Positions 12,375 to 24,640 are shown, counted from the stretch's first letter. The stretch is 64,000 nucleotides of DNA from Eutreptiella sp. 'Long Island Sound 2002' (GCA_964036045.1 OZ038378.1:16740001-16804000), one strand, 5' to 3'. A program made the numbers and translations. The notes: a model not told the origin generated them from the sequence alone.

Positions 12375-13305
12375 GTGCCCTCGACCCACACCTCGGCGCA
12401 CACAGAGTTCCACTGCGCGTACTGCTCGCAGCCCTACAAGGGCCGGGGGGACATCATGGTCCACTCTTGCCTAGTGGTGCTCGCGGCGGCCTTGACCGGT
12501 TTCCGGGCCGCGTGCGCCCTGCTGGGGTCCCGGGGTTATGCCATATGCTGGCGCGACACCCTGCGGGCTACAGTCTACGACAAAGCGGGCCGCACCATGC
12601 ATTGGAGGCTAGCGCGGGACGAGGATGTGGTCGTGCAGTCAGAGAGCGCCACGTGGGACGTGGGCATCACGTGGTCGGGGGTAGTGTGGACCAGGTCTCC
12701 ACAACCGTGGACTGCCCGCGAACGCGCAACCCTAATGCGGGGTACTTGCAAGCAGTGGCAGACCGGGTGGTCGCACCTGATGCGCGCCGGCAGGAGCGGG
12801 TGGCCGGCGGGAGCTGGTGGCCGGCGGGAGGGGGTGGCCAGCGGGCTTGTCCCGGCCCCTCGATGACGCGGGCCACTTATTACGCTACGCCATTTGCGAG
12901 TCCGCGTGCGCGATCGCCGGGCCGTGCCCTGAGCTTGAGGGCCGCGCAGTCCCCGTGTCATTGCTTGACCAGGCGGAACGTGGGGCGTGCCCGGACGTGG
13001 TCCTCAGAGTGGGTGCCCCGCCGTCCCTGCAGGGGGCAGCCCCGGAGTTGGTCCTGGCCCCGCCCGCAATCTGCCGGGCTCAGAGCTTTACCATCCAACC
13101 GTCCGGCGACAGGCCCTTGCTTGCGTTCCCGGATGGCACGGGGCCGCCCAGCCTCCTCGCGGCCCTGCAAGCCTTCTTCCGTGTGGAAGCGGTGCCCCGG
13201 GGGACCAGCCGGAGGAGGGCGGAGGTCCCGAGCCCCGGGCCGGTGACCCAAACCTTGGGCCTCAAGCTGGAGGTCAATGGGGACGACGAGTACCTCCTCA
13301 GCTAG
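12375..13305 (+). mobile_element. LINE ORF2 C-terminal fragment with CCHC-type zinc knuckle
   Basis: FHCAYCSQPYKGRGDIMVHSC(L)V = CxxC...H..C, then a Trp-rich tail. Abrupt GC-rich island. The CTA codon after the last Cys is probably a mutated CCA (Pro). Confidence 0.5.
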
Positions 13306-14199
13306 TCCCCCCCCCCCCCCCCCGGCAACCCCCCGATTTGAACCTGGCATCAGAGGGGGGGGGGGTCGGCTCACCCCGTGGCCGGACATCCCCCCGCCCA
13401 AGGCTGGGATCTGTGGGGCTACGCGCAACCACGGGGGGTCCCAGCCGCCGGGACTCGCGGGACAGCGCCGCCTCGGTGGGCCATGACCTCGCCCCCCCGG
13501 GCCGCTGCGTGCCCCGGCACGCCACACCTCCTCTCTCCCGTGCCAAGCTTGTCGCGCCTCGCCATCGCCCCCAGCCGCGTGCCCTCTCCCCAAGCTTGGG
13601 AAGCAAGCACCGGGGCAGGCCCTGATACAGCCCGCAGCGCAAGCGGACCTCAGTGGGCCATGACCTCGCCCTCCGAGGCCGGCAGGGCGCCCGGTGTACG
13701 CGGACGCCCTGTGCACACCACCAACTGGCCCTCCTTGACCTCCACGACGCACACGGGAGGCCCAGTCTAAGCGGGCAAACAAGCGCACCGTTAGCCCCAC
13801 CGTGGGCCAGCGGCGGCGCCAGCGCAAGGATTGTTGGCCATTGCATTGGTATCGCCGCTTTAGCCTGTCCCATGCCCGCTGGGCCCTCCTCACGTTGGCG
13901 CGTGTCCGCCCGTGCAACCGAGGGACGAGACCCAGGAGGTTGGGACGACCCGCAAGGCCGGGAGGGGGTAGCACGGGAGGAGAGTTCCAGAAGAGGGTGG
14001 GGTCGGGGAGCAGTGCTAGGGCAGGACGGGTGACAGCCTGGTCGGCGAGGAGGGAAGATAGCAGGCTATGGAACCCCCCCCTAAGCTGGGACGCCCCCCC
14101 CCCCCCATTTTTCGGCCTTACCAACAACCACCCGTTACTAGGCCCAAGGGCACGGCCACCCCGGTGAGATGTTCGGGCAAGGCGCGACCTCACTTGTGG

Positions 14200-15444
14200 A
14201 CCCGGTCGTGCATGCACGGGACTCCCCCCCCCCCCGGTCAGGGCACAGCGACGCGCGGCACACTCCGCGCTGTGGGTACAGCTTTGCACCATGCCACGGC
14301 GCAATATCGCGTGCCCTCCGTACCACGCCCTCCCGCCGCCGTCCCCATACCTGATGGGCCGTCGCGGGCAGTAGCCCATTCCCCGTAGCCGCCTGCGCAC
14401 CTGTGAGCCGCACAACCGCCGCTAGATGGCGCGCTGCGACCCGGCGCCCTGCACCTCTGGCTCACCCATGTGCCCGGGTGCTGCCCCCCTCGCCTCCCGC
14501 GCACCGAGCAGCCCCTGACGAGCGTCACCATCGCGATGCACTCCCTGGCGGTGCAGTTCCCCAGCCTCATCAGCCTGGAGGACATCCTTATGGGGTGCTT
14601 CCTCCACTGGACGGCTACGGGGGCGGACCTTAGATGGGGGCTCTCGGCGCTGCAGCGCGTCCCCAAGGGCCTGGCGGTGTCAGGGCCCGCGCTCCACAAG
14701 GCCCTCCGCTAGAATTATGGCGCGGTAGCCCTGCTCTGACAGCACCTCCGACTCCAGTGGAGGTATGGCACGCAACCCGCTCAGGTGGCACCTCTGCTGG
14801 CGCCCCTCTGGATCTTGAGTCGCCTCCCCGACCCGCGCGGCGGGGCCGCCACCCCGCAGGCCTGCAGCAGCGCTCCCCTAGCGCTAGGAGCCCTGATAGA
14901 GGGCTGGGATGGCGAGGAATAAGAATCCCGAGGCCATGGTGTTACCCACGACGGCACTGTCTGGTGCCTCTCCCGGGGCGAAAGGCCCCTCGCCACTCCC
15001 CTAGACCTGTATGCGGCTGCTCGCGCGGTGCTGGCCTCGATCCCGAGGGTATACGCCACGTGGTATGCGGTCTTGCCCGCACAGGGTCGCCGCCGCTGCC
15101 CCCGAAGCACCAGTACCCCCGCGCGGGGGACGACGCCGCAGCGCGGGCGTGGCTTGCAGCCCACGAGCACGTGCGGACGTGGCGGCAGCACCGCAGGGTG
15201 CAAGTCTCCCCGGGCGGTCTTCCGATGAGGCCACTGTGACCCCCCCCCCCCCCCCCTGCCCCCCCCGCCCCACCCCGCCCATTTCGCGGCACGGCGACAG
15301 GACTGCCCCCCGGCCCGCAGACGCGTCCGGGAGTGCACTGCATGCCTGGCTTGCCGATATACGGAGTCGTCTGGACAGCCATCGAGCGCCCCCCAGGCGG
15401 CCTATAGCCCTCAAGATTGGCCCTCAAATCAAATCAAATTAAAT
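14200..15444 (+). mobile_element. 3' portion of a LINE ending in a (CAAAT)n tail
   Basis: Interrupted GC-rich reading frame (LHLWLTHVPG..., PLTSVTIAMHSL..., stop TAG 14710-14712), ending at TAA 15440-15442 within CAAAT x3 + TAAAT (15425-15444). Short-repeat tails are typical of non-LTR 3' ends. Confidence 0.5.
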
Positions 15445-15506
15445 CCCTTCTTGAACCCCTCCTCAAGTCCCCCCCCCCCCCCCCCCAAGGGGCCTCCGGC
15501 CAACAA

Positions 15507-17900
15507 TTAGTTCGGGGGGTAGTTGGCGTCCAAAACTGAGCCCCCCCCCCCCCGCCCGGGCTCTTTCCACATCTCCGGCATTGCACCCTTGATTGGTGGT
15601 GGAATGTGACTTGGCTCTATTAGTGTTGCCGAGAGACAAAGGAATTGCATATTCCTGCGACTCGGTATTCTATACATCTTTTGCATTTCCACCTTTAGAG
15701 GTGGAACTCCGCACAAGACCCTTGTGGAATTCATTATTACTAGCATCAACCATTTTGCTAGCTCCTCCCACAAATTAGAGGGAGTACAACTAAAGATCCA
15801 CGGCTTCGCATTAAGACGGGTCCGTCCAAAGGAGACACCCTTGTTTGCAACCACGATAAACAAATCCCTTTTATTTTTGTCAGGGAATTCGACCTCCACA
15901 TGCCATCCTTCACCTTGCATTTAGAAGAACAGCAACGTGCACACATTCTTAGTGCTTCTCGTGCTTGCAATTTGTCCACAATCCCTAGAAAACCTGAAAT
16001 TTCTGTCCACGAGGACTTGACTTTTTCGTTTTGCTTCTCGTGCTTGACAGCCAAGTCCTATGGCATCTTCCCGAAAATGAGGGCTTACATGTGCCCATTA
16101 GAAATATGCTCCCCAACACTCTTGGCTTCATTCGAGATTCTCAAAGCATTTTAGCTAGTTTTGAACTCTGTGAAGGGTTAGCTTGGGAATGAAGGGGAAA
16201 GAGGGCGAGGAGGTAAGTCAATGATCCTTCAGTAACCTACTCCCTCGTCCCTCGAGCACCAAAAACAACTTAGTGAAGGTAACTCGGTGAACAACTTTTG
16301 CTCCGTTTGCATAATCCTTCTCATCGCCGCATTTCTTCGCAAAACAGCGCAGGGTTGATGTGGATGTCATCAAGCCCGACCCGCATTGTGGACTGCGATG
16401 TGTATATCACAACCACTGCCACCAATGAGTTAGGCAATATTTGGGATTGGGAACAACCACTACAATTTGAAACCCGAATCCTTTGCTCCTTATCGCGAGC
16501 TGGCACTCAAATGCTTGGCATCTTTTGCTGTTTTGGACTACTAATCCCACCACATGGCACTCTAAAACAGTGTATGCGTTGTTGAGATGCATGAGGTCAT
16601 CAAGGAGGGTCTCGGGCACCTCTTGCTTGGTGTCAGCAAGGTGGCTAGTGACCTCTCCCGCACGCATCTCAGTTGGCATCTCTTTAGCATCTGTACCCTT
16701 TTTGGCATTTTTCCCTGGGGTTTCTTTTTCGTAATCTTCCGCTTCTTGTCTTCAGGTCCCCTATCTGCCCCGACTTCAACATCACTAGCTAAGTCATTGT
16801 CAGCCGCATATGATGCCTCATCCTCTGAGCTGCTTTTGTCCTTGCTGCATGCTCCCTATTGGTTTAGTGAAGGTAAAGGAGCACCTTCATTTATCACTGC
16901 ACCGTCTGCTGTAGTCAGAATAGTTGAGAAGTGAGGTATCCAATATGGAATACCCTCACAAAAACTCACTTTATCGTGTGCATGATGGGTTTTTTTTCTA
17001 GGTCGCGTCAATTTGCTCCGGGACACCAACCAAAACCTATGGCCCCTTTTCTTGTTTGTGGCCAATGAATAAGGCACGTACACTTGCCTCGCAATGCTCA
17101 CGGGATGCGTTCCGGCGGTAGGGTGGCCGTGACACAGGCTAGCAATGTCCTTGGTAATGGTGTGTTGTGCTGTCAGCTTTGCGTCCGACACGGCATCATC
17201 CAAACGATGGGGCAAACATTGTGGCACGTCCAGTCTGCCCTTCGTCCTTTTCTTTGAGGGTGCCATGAGAAAAAGATGTATAGCATGGCATCGAGCGCAA
17301 GCATTAAGCAAATCACACCATGAGGGAACTCCAAAAAACCAACATTGATGGTCTTTGTTTGTTGGGGGAAATATGACCACCATATGCAAAAGCCCCTTTC
17401 GTAGCACTGCCCCAATGCATTGCATGTAACGATACGCATGACCATCAGCGGTGTCAAATCGTCTCATACACTAGGGACGTCAAATTGTCTCATGCATGCC
17501 TTGTTTGGTGTCATGCACGGTGCCGATTCGTCTCGTGCGCGCTGAAGACAAATGTGTACGGTAGATAGCAAAGAGCGGTCACTATTAGCCAAAGGGAATC
17601 GCGACATTATTCATACATACCATTAAACGTACCAAAGGCAATATTCGCATTATCCGGAACTGGAAAAATGCGCATTGTGCTACATTGACAGCATTGACAA
17701 TTGCGTAGCATTCGTAATGTCTGCCTCAAGGTGATACTGTTGACTGGTATATCTTGCCGCAACCATGATAATGGCACCAGCATTTATAACATCCGTGTTG
17801 CGCATGACTTGTGTTATCGGCGTCCTTGCACCACTTTGGGCATCCTTAAGCTTGAGCTTTGCAACATGAGTTCCCACCCATTTGACGGTACACGTGGCTG
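15507..17900 (-). pseudogene. Long decayed ORF(s) of unknown family
   Basis: Protein-like segments 17680-17877, 16856-17467, 16407-16679 and 15507-15920, separated by stops and frameshifts. Includes an acidic/Lys-rich linker at about 16700-16850. Confidence 0.3.
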
Positions 17901-18599
17901 TGAGATAGACACCCCGTATGCGCCACCTCTCGCATTTGCGGGATCGGTTGAGTCATCTTCATCGTCCCAACCGCATGAAATTAGACCTCATGCCGGTCCT
18001 TAGGCCTATAGAATTTACGCCGCAACGATGCCTTGTGTTTTTGTGATCTTCTGTGACATACGCACTGGTGATTTCGGAGAATATAGGGTGCCCCAAGACA
18101 ACCGCTACTGTACTTCCATTGAAATTCGTTGGATGTCTAGAATATCAAGAGGAGACGGCTTCTAGTGTAGTTAGACACGTGTTTACTGGAACCAACGGAA
18201 GGTAATGTAGCATTCACATGTTTTCTTTTTTCCTCGATGCCACCATCGTTACCCGCTATATCTAGTGATTTCAATAAGGCAGTAGGCTCTAACACAGATC
18301 CACTTGCAAGCGCCAATGTGCGAAGTCGTATGATACATGCATCATAGCTAAAAGTCTATACATAAGCAACAACAAGCTAGGTAGCTTAATGATTGTTTTG
18401 CTCCATTGCCGCCCACGGTGTAATTTCCCCATGGATAACTGCATCAGGGCTTGAGTCTTTGGTTGAGCTTTCGTGTGACGGTGTCGCCCACCCGGTTGCC
18501 AGCACTGCCGTACCCTTTGTTGCAGAAACTTGTCACGTAACGTTAGCGGTTTTTTCTCTTTTGTGCATTAGTCATCCCCCGCGGGGCCCCGGACGAAGG

Positions 18600-19365
18600 T
18601 CACGGATGGTGCCGCCAGCTAGGCACACAGGCAGTCCATCTCCCACGTGACCACCGTACGTCACCAGGCGGCGCGACGAGAACAGCTAGGCCGTCCCGTC
18701 CAAAGCGCTCGTGAGCGGGTACGTGCGCTCGCACGCCATGCCCAGGCCCACCGCTGCCAAGTCGTGGGCGCGCGCCTGTAGGTTGGACAGGAGGCCTGAC
18801 CACTCAGTGTTGTGCTGTGCTGGCACGTACCAGTCGGGCCGGCTGCGTCCCAAGGCCTCGGCGAAAGCCACCCTGGCTTTGTCCACCGAGAGAGATTGGG
18901 AGGGGAGACCCCCGTCATTACTGAGGGTGGCAGAGGTGCAGTCTGCCCCCACATACCGGACCGCCGCGGGGGCCATAGCCAGCATCTCGGCAAGGTGCCA
19001 TGCCTCCAGCTTGCCCGCCCACTCGGCGGCCCATGGGCTGGCGGCCTGCTTCAGGACCCTTGAGGCGAGGGTTGCAAGGACCCCTGCAGTGTATGCCACA
19101 AGCGCGCCCTAGCCCAGGATGTCGCCTTCGGGCGTGACCTCCGTCCGTTTCTCCGAGATCTTGGAGAAGTACCCCACGCGTTGGTTGTCGCCCTAGGCCC
19201 CTCCATGGCGTAGCTTGTACGGGCCCACCAGCCCGTACGGGGAGGCGACCCGAACGTCGAGCCCATCGTAGAAGTTCTGAAGCCAGGGCAGCACAGACTC
19301 CTCGGGGGCCTCGTGATCCCACGCCCCGGCAGCCTCGCGGTGTGGGTTGCAGAAGACATTTCACT
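18600..19365 (-). mobile_element. LINE reverse-transcriptase fragment (pseudogenised)
   Basis: LQNFYDGLDVRVASPYGLVGPYKLRHGGA*GD matches the non-LTR RT GxxQGD region, and AVRYVGAD matches the YLG motif. In-frame TAG stops at 19193-19195, 19109-19111 and 18686-18688. Confidence 0.75.
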
Positions 19366-19883
19366 CGTCCTAGTCGTCCGACCGGACCGCCCCGTGCTAC
19401 ATTGCCCAAGCATCCAGCACCCAGCATCAGGTTGGGGCCAGGGCTTGGCCCGACAGCTGCTGCCGGTCGTCTGTGTACCATCTTTGCGTTGAGTTTTCAC
19501 GGGATTCCGCACCTGTTCACTAACTCTATTGTTGCAACTCTGTGGCTTGGTTGGCCTGTGATTACACATTTCTGTCGTTGCTCACCAACAACGCTGCTTA
19601 AGCATAGAGGTTCGTGCTCTGGGATGTAGCAGCGCTCACAACACCAGCATAAGTGTCGCATGTCACAAGCTTCAGCCATAGATACATAGTGCATCGCATG
19701 GAAGCGTAATCTACCACAGGAAGCCATCGTTGTGCCATTTATGTGTCAGTCCCACCATGTTTTTTACGCGTCAATCCTAGGGCTTGTTTTGGGCGCTCAA
19801 TAGAATCCACGATCTCTTGTACACAAGCTGTGTTGCTGTTAATAAGTATGTGTAAGTTCTTTGGTTCCAAACGCAATACGTTC

Positions 19884-20571
19884 TCACGAGCAGCAAACAG
19901 CGGTTTCTTCATTTGTCAATGAATCTTCCCAAAGTGGTGTTTGGTCCCAACTTTGCATCGGCACATTGCCATTTTCATCGAGGCCTCGTCGCACTCGAAT
20001 GACATCTCGCCAAAGCATGCCTCGCCTTCGGTCCCGCTCTTCGGGTTTCAATTTGAATTTCTTGTTGGTCTTCCTGAAACTCACATTGAACCGCTTACCC
20101 CACTTGTTCAGCCATTCTCTCCTTTTGCGGTTAGATACGTCAATGGGTGGCACATCAGAATCCTTGGGAAGTTCTCCATTCAACACCGCAATTTGATACG
20201 AAGCTTTGGAAAAAGTGCTTGCTTTGACTCGCAACAACCTCTGCGATACAGGCGCCGGGCTGTACTATTTGTTTTGGCTGAGACATTGTGGTTTCTTCGA
20301 TTCGTTGGGATAGGCTTCGCAATTCCTTGCAGCTGCAATGGATGTCTCAGCTTACTTCGTTGATACGTTGGCTACTTTCGGTGATGTGGGCGTCAACCTC
20401 ACCTTTTGCAAATGAAACCAGCTCACGCATGTATGTACCCATGCTCAGAGCGCTCGCTTTATTCAAATCAACATCCGTCTCCGAAGCATTGTCACCTTGC
20501 TTAGGTTTGATACGCTTCTTGTCACACTCAATCTTCTCAGCTAACCCTTTACCTTTCTTCCATTCCTTCAC
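19884..20571 (-). mobile_element. pogo/Tc5-like (CENP-B HTH plus DDE_1) transposase remnant
   Basis: REWLNKWGKRFNVSFRKTNK (end of CENP-B-type HTH), then MQSWDQTPLWED (first catalytic Asp motif, D(E/Q)TP). Frameshifted. TIRs not located. Confidence 0.7.
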
Positions 20572-21789
20572 GTGTTTGTGTGTTAGTTTCCGCGCATGTC
20601 GGTGCCACTGCTACCTGCCTCAGTGGAATTGCCACTTGCAGGAGCTTCATTGTCGCCACAGGAAGTGGAGGAGTTTGAGTCCCTGACAAAATCAAGACAA
20701 TTGGAGGAGGATGAATCGACGTTCACCTTCCACGAAATTTGAGCGCGGTGATTTTCGACTAGCGAGGGTTGTGCTGATGGTTGAGCGCGAAGCTTCGGTG
20801 ATGACAATTGCTGAACGAGCTTTACGAAGGGCTCGGCAACAAGAAGGTTTGGGGCCGAAGAATAATGATAAAGTTCTCAGAAGCACATCAGATCCAGAGT
20901 AGCAAAATGGAACTTAATGAGACGCTCCTATGTTCTATAAATAGCGCACAACAGGCCATCCTCCATTTGTCTGTCTTCGTTGCAACGCCGTGCAAGCCTC
21001 GGCAACTGAAATGTATCAACTTGAAATCTGGAGTCTTTGATGCGCACGGTGCGAGACAGCCACACCTTATCTTTGCCTACATTTATATCCCTTTTCCTTG
21101 GGACACTCCAGCCACAAGGGGACATTCTCCACCCGTTATTGGGTAGTGCAGCTACGTCAACGACCTCCTTTGGGACGACACCTATGGCGACCCCGACGAG
21201 TTCTTCGAAGCTGCGGCAGCTACCTATCCCCACACCCCCAAGGGGACTCACCAAGCACTTTACGCCCTCCTTGCACAGGTTGAGCAATGATCATTTTCCT
21301 TCCAATGCCTTTTGGAGATCCAAAGACCGTGGTGGTGTTCCCCCGCAAGAACTTAGATGGTAGTAGAGGCAGCCACCTGTGGCAGGCTCTACCACCGTGG
21401 GTTAATGTGTCCATTATTCCGTCGGCGCAACGTGTACATGATGTGAGCTGTGTAGTGCCCCACGTTGCCCTTACCAACGGCCACGACCACCGTCGCCACT
21501 GGTTGGAATAGGAAGCTGAGCAGTTGGAGCCGAAGGAAGAGCCGTCTTCGGTGAAGGAGTCTCTCCTCGTGGACATTCACCCGTGACAAACCGTCCGACC
21601 GCCGGGAGACCATGCGGCTCCATTTGACATTCATGACCCTTACAGCCAACCGTCTTTCTTCGGCGACCCCGGCTACTTGGCCTAGCACAGGCTCTGTGTC
21701 ATGCTACAAATTTGTTTTGAGACGGGGTGCCCCAAGAGCAGGCGAGAAGAGCTGAAATCGAGACGGAGGAACAGACAGCGCAACTTAAT

Positions 21790-22910
21790 AATCCCAAGAA
21801 CTAGTACCGGCCACAGATCCAAGAGCCAAGAGCAGCCAAGCACCCAAGAGCCAAGAATAGCCAAGGTCCCAAGAGCCACCAGCAGCCGAGGACCCAAGAG
21901 CGAGGTACCGCCAAGAACCAATGAGTTCGGAATGGCTGAGACCCAAGACCATGGAACGGCAAAGGACCCAAGAGCCAAATAGGGCCAAGGTCCCAAGAGC
22001 CAGGACGGACCAAGAACGCAACAGCTGGGACGGAATACCAAGGAAAGGCCAAGATCCCAAGAGCCAAGGGGAGGCCAAGGATTAGACGGCGACCAAAGGC
22101 CAAGGTCCCAAGAGCCGAGAACAGCCGAACACCCAAGAGCCCGGAGAGGCCAAGGAGCAAAAAGCCGGAAATGGCCAAGGTCCCAATACCCGAGAGAAGA
22201 TCTAGGAGCGGCCAAGGACCCAAGAGCGGCAAGCCGCCAAGGACCAAAGAGGCAAGAGTGGCCAAGGTCCCAAGAGCCACCAGCAGCCAAGGACCCAAGA
22301 GCCACAAATGGCCAAGTACCCAAGAGGCAGGAACCCCCAAGGACCAATGAGCTAGGAATGACCACGGTCCCAAGAGGCGAGAGCGGCCAACAGCCCAAGA
22401 GCCAAGAGGAGCCAATAACCTGAGAGCAAGAATGGCCACGCCCCAACAGCAACGAAGGGCCGAGGTCCCTAGAGCCAGGGACGACCAAGGACCAAGGAGC
22501 CAAGAATGGCAAAGGTCCCAAGAGCCAAGATGGGCCACGGACCATAGAGCTAGGAAAGGCTAAGGTCCCACAAACCAGAAGCGGCCAAGGACCCAAAAGC
22601 CAAGACAGAACCACGTGCAACGAGCCAGGAGCGCACAGGGACCAGAGAGACAACGGCAGCCAAGGACCCAAAATCCAAGAGAGGCCAAGGACCGCAGAGT
22701 CAGGATTGGCCAAGGGCCTGCAAGCCCGGAGCACCCAATGAACCTAGAAGCCAAGGTATGCCAAGAAACCGGGAGCAAAGAGCGGCCCAGGACCCAAAAG
22801 CTGGGAGCGGTGAAGGGCCCAAAGGGGGCCTCAAAGGTCAAGCGCCCAAGAGCCACGAACAGCCAAGGCCCCAAGAGCCAAGAAAAGCCAAGGACCCAAG
22901 AGCCCTCAAC
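21790..22910. repeat. Purine-rich degenerate satellite based on GGCCAAGG(T/A)CCCAAGAGCCA
   Basis: More than 25 recognisable CCCAAGAGCC / GGCCAAGG units. It explains the long low-complexity ORFs on the minus strand. Confidence 0.9.
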
Positions 22911-22930
22911 AGGGAAGGGTGCAAGCACAG

Positions 22931-22962
22931 GGTCAGGGTTCGGGTTAGGGCTAGGGTGAGGG
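22931..22962. repeat. Short degenerate telomere-like array (GGGTCA GGGTTC GGGTTA GGGCTA GGGTGA)
   Basis: Read directly, at the end of the satellite. Confidence 0.6.
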
Positions 22963-23852
22963 TCCAAGAGTGGGGGGGGCGGGGACATGCCAGGCCACAA
23001 AGTAGGACCACTAGTGCCTGTATTCTGGGTACTAAGGCAGCCCACGCCATGCAAGTGACCCAATCAACCGCGACTTGGAGTTCGGGGGTAAGTTTGCATC
23101 CTCAGGCTAGCACTGCTTTGGCACTCGAGGGGGGGCCTTCAAAGGGCAAGCAGCTCGCAACCCTAGTACTAGTACTAGGTCAATGCGGCCATCCGGTATG
23201 GCTTTGAAATAGGATACGCCAGTAAGTCTAGTGGACACCGATGATTCTGCCCAAGGGACACACGGGGGTACACCCTCCCATTATGGCACGCCCCCCACAC
23301 TGGCGGCGATCAACGCTCCTAGTGTCAATTGGGGCCATATTGTTCGGGGCCAGCAATCAGAAACAACGGGATGCAACCCGCTTCCCCTCGTGCAGTGTGA
23401 AGCCTCTTCCTCCTTGTCATAGGGGCAACGCTAGAGGGACACCACGGAGGGTGTATCCATGACCAAGCACACCTATCTGCCTACCTACCTACCTTGCTAC
23501 CCAACCCGCCAGGGCGGTGAGTGCTGCCATTGTGGCGGTCGTTACTATCCTCACTTGAGTGATAACTCCTTGTGCGCGTTCAGTGTCGCTGACTGGCATC
23601 ATCTCCTCTTTATTGGACGCTCCCAGCCTAGCTACGTGTACGTTGAGGGCTTGCAAAGCCGAGCTCTCTTCGAAGTCTCCTCCTATGGCACGCTAGACTG
23701 TCTCAAAGGCGACATCCATGGCCATCCCATCAAAGCCAGTTCTTGGCACCCAAGATGTTGTGAACCACGGTTAAGAGCCCTGCATAAACCTTCTCAAGCA
23801 GCCTTGGCCAACCTCACTAGTGGTAGCGGCAACGCACCACCACCATCGTCAC

Positions 23853-23921
23853 ACCACCACCACCACCACCACCACCACCACCACCACCACCACCACCACC
23901 ACCACCACCACCACCACCACC
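23853..23921. repeat. (CAC)n microsatellite
   Basis: About 23 perfect units. Confidence 0.95.
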
Positions 23922-24052
23922 TACTTCCAACTCCACTGCCCTTGGAAGCATTAGGGCTTCGTCCAGGAGCCTTTAGGCCTACTACAAATCCCTTCCGGTT
24001 CACTTTGATAGTTTGCATTTGGGTTCAAACACACAGAAGGGGGGCGGGGAGC

Positions 24053-24640
24053 TCAAGGAGGCAAGTGCCGCACGTGCCAATAAATGTTACGAGCAACAAG
24101 AGGCCGAGAGACCCTAGGCCGAGGCATTGAGGCATGCCATGTATGTTCGTTTGTTAGTTGTCGGCATGATGATGTGACGGTTATTGGAGTGCATGTTGGT
24201 ATACATGTGCTAGTGTTGTCGCTTTCAAGTAAAAGATAGAGGTAAGTTGTGGCGTGCGGAAATCTATGTAGCGCCCGCTCCGCATAGCTGCACAATGCAA
24301 ATGAGCGCAATGCCAATGGCAATAGACGAGTAGTGCAAATGCTTGTCTGCAATGGACTAGATGTGGATGAAAATGTCATTAGCCATCACCACCAACACCA
24401 CCACCACATCGCACATTTGTGAAGATACGTGCCACCCTCTCAATGAACAAGCACTGCTACAATTGCTGGATGTAGAAATTCTGTTGAGAAACTCTATGGA
24501 GATAATCTACTGCATGTCACAGATACCTCCCCCCAAAACCTCGACAATGCAAATCAACACTCCACAGCCGCCCACAACCCTCCACCGCCCAACCCAAGGA
24601 ATTGTCATTGCATCATATGTGCATTGCCGGTAGGCTTCCC
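24053..24640 (-). mobile_element. Possible DIRS/tyrosine-recombinase retroelement-type RNase H remnant
   Basis: LLPLALRSFAL...YLLLESDNTSTC...LVARNIYWHVRHLP resembles the DIRS1-type RNase H pattern (LEL.A..AL / SDN.T / NI.L.A.HIPG). YDAMTIPWVG upstream is a weak DAS..GWG match. Confidence 0.4.

Noticed and set aside
12958-14415. 485-aa minus-strand ORF and other overlapping Arg/Gly/Pro-rich ORFs at 12.4-15.4 kb
   Set aside because: Shadow frames of very GC-rich LINE-derived DNA with no domain motifs.
21682-23063. Long Leu/Gly/Trp-rich ORFs of up to 350 aa
   Set aside because: Artefacts of a stop-poor satellite strand.
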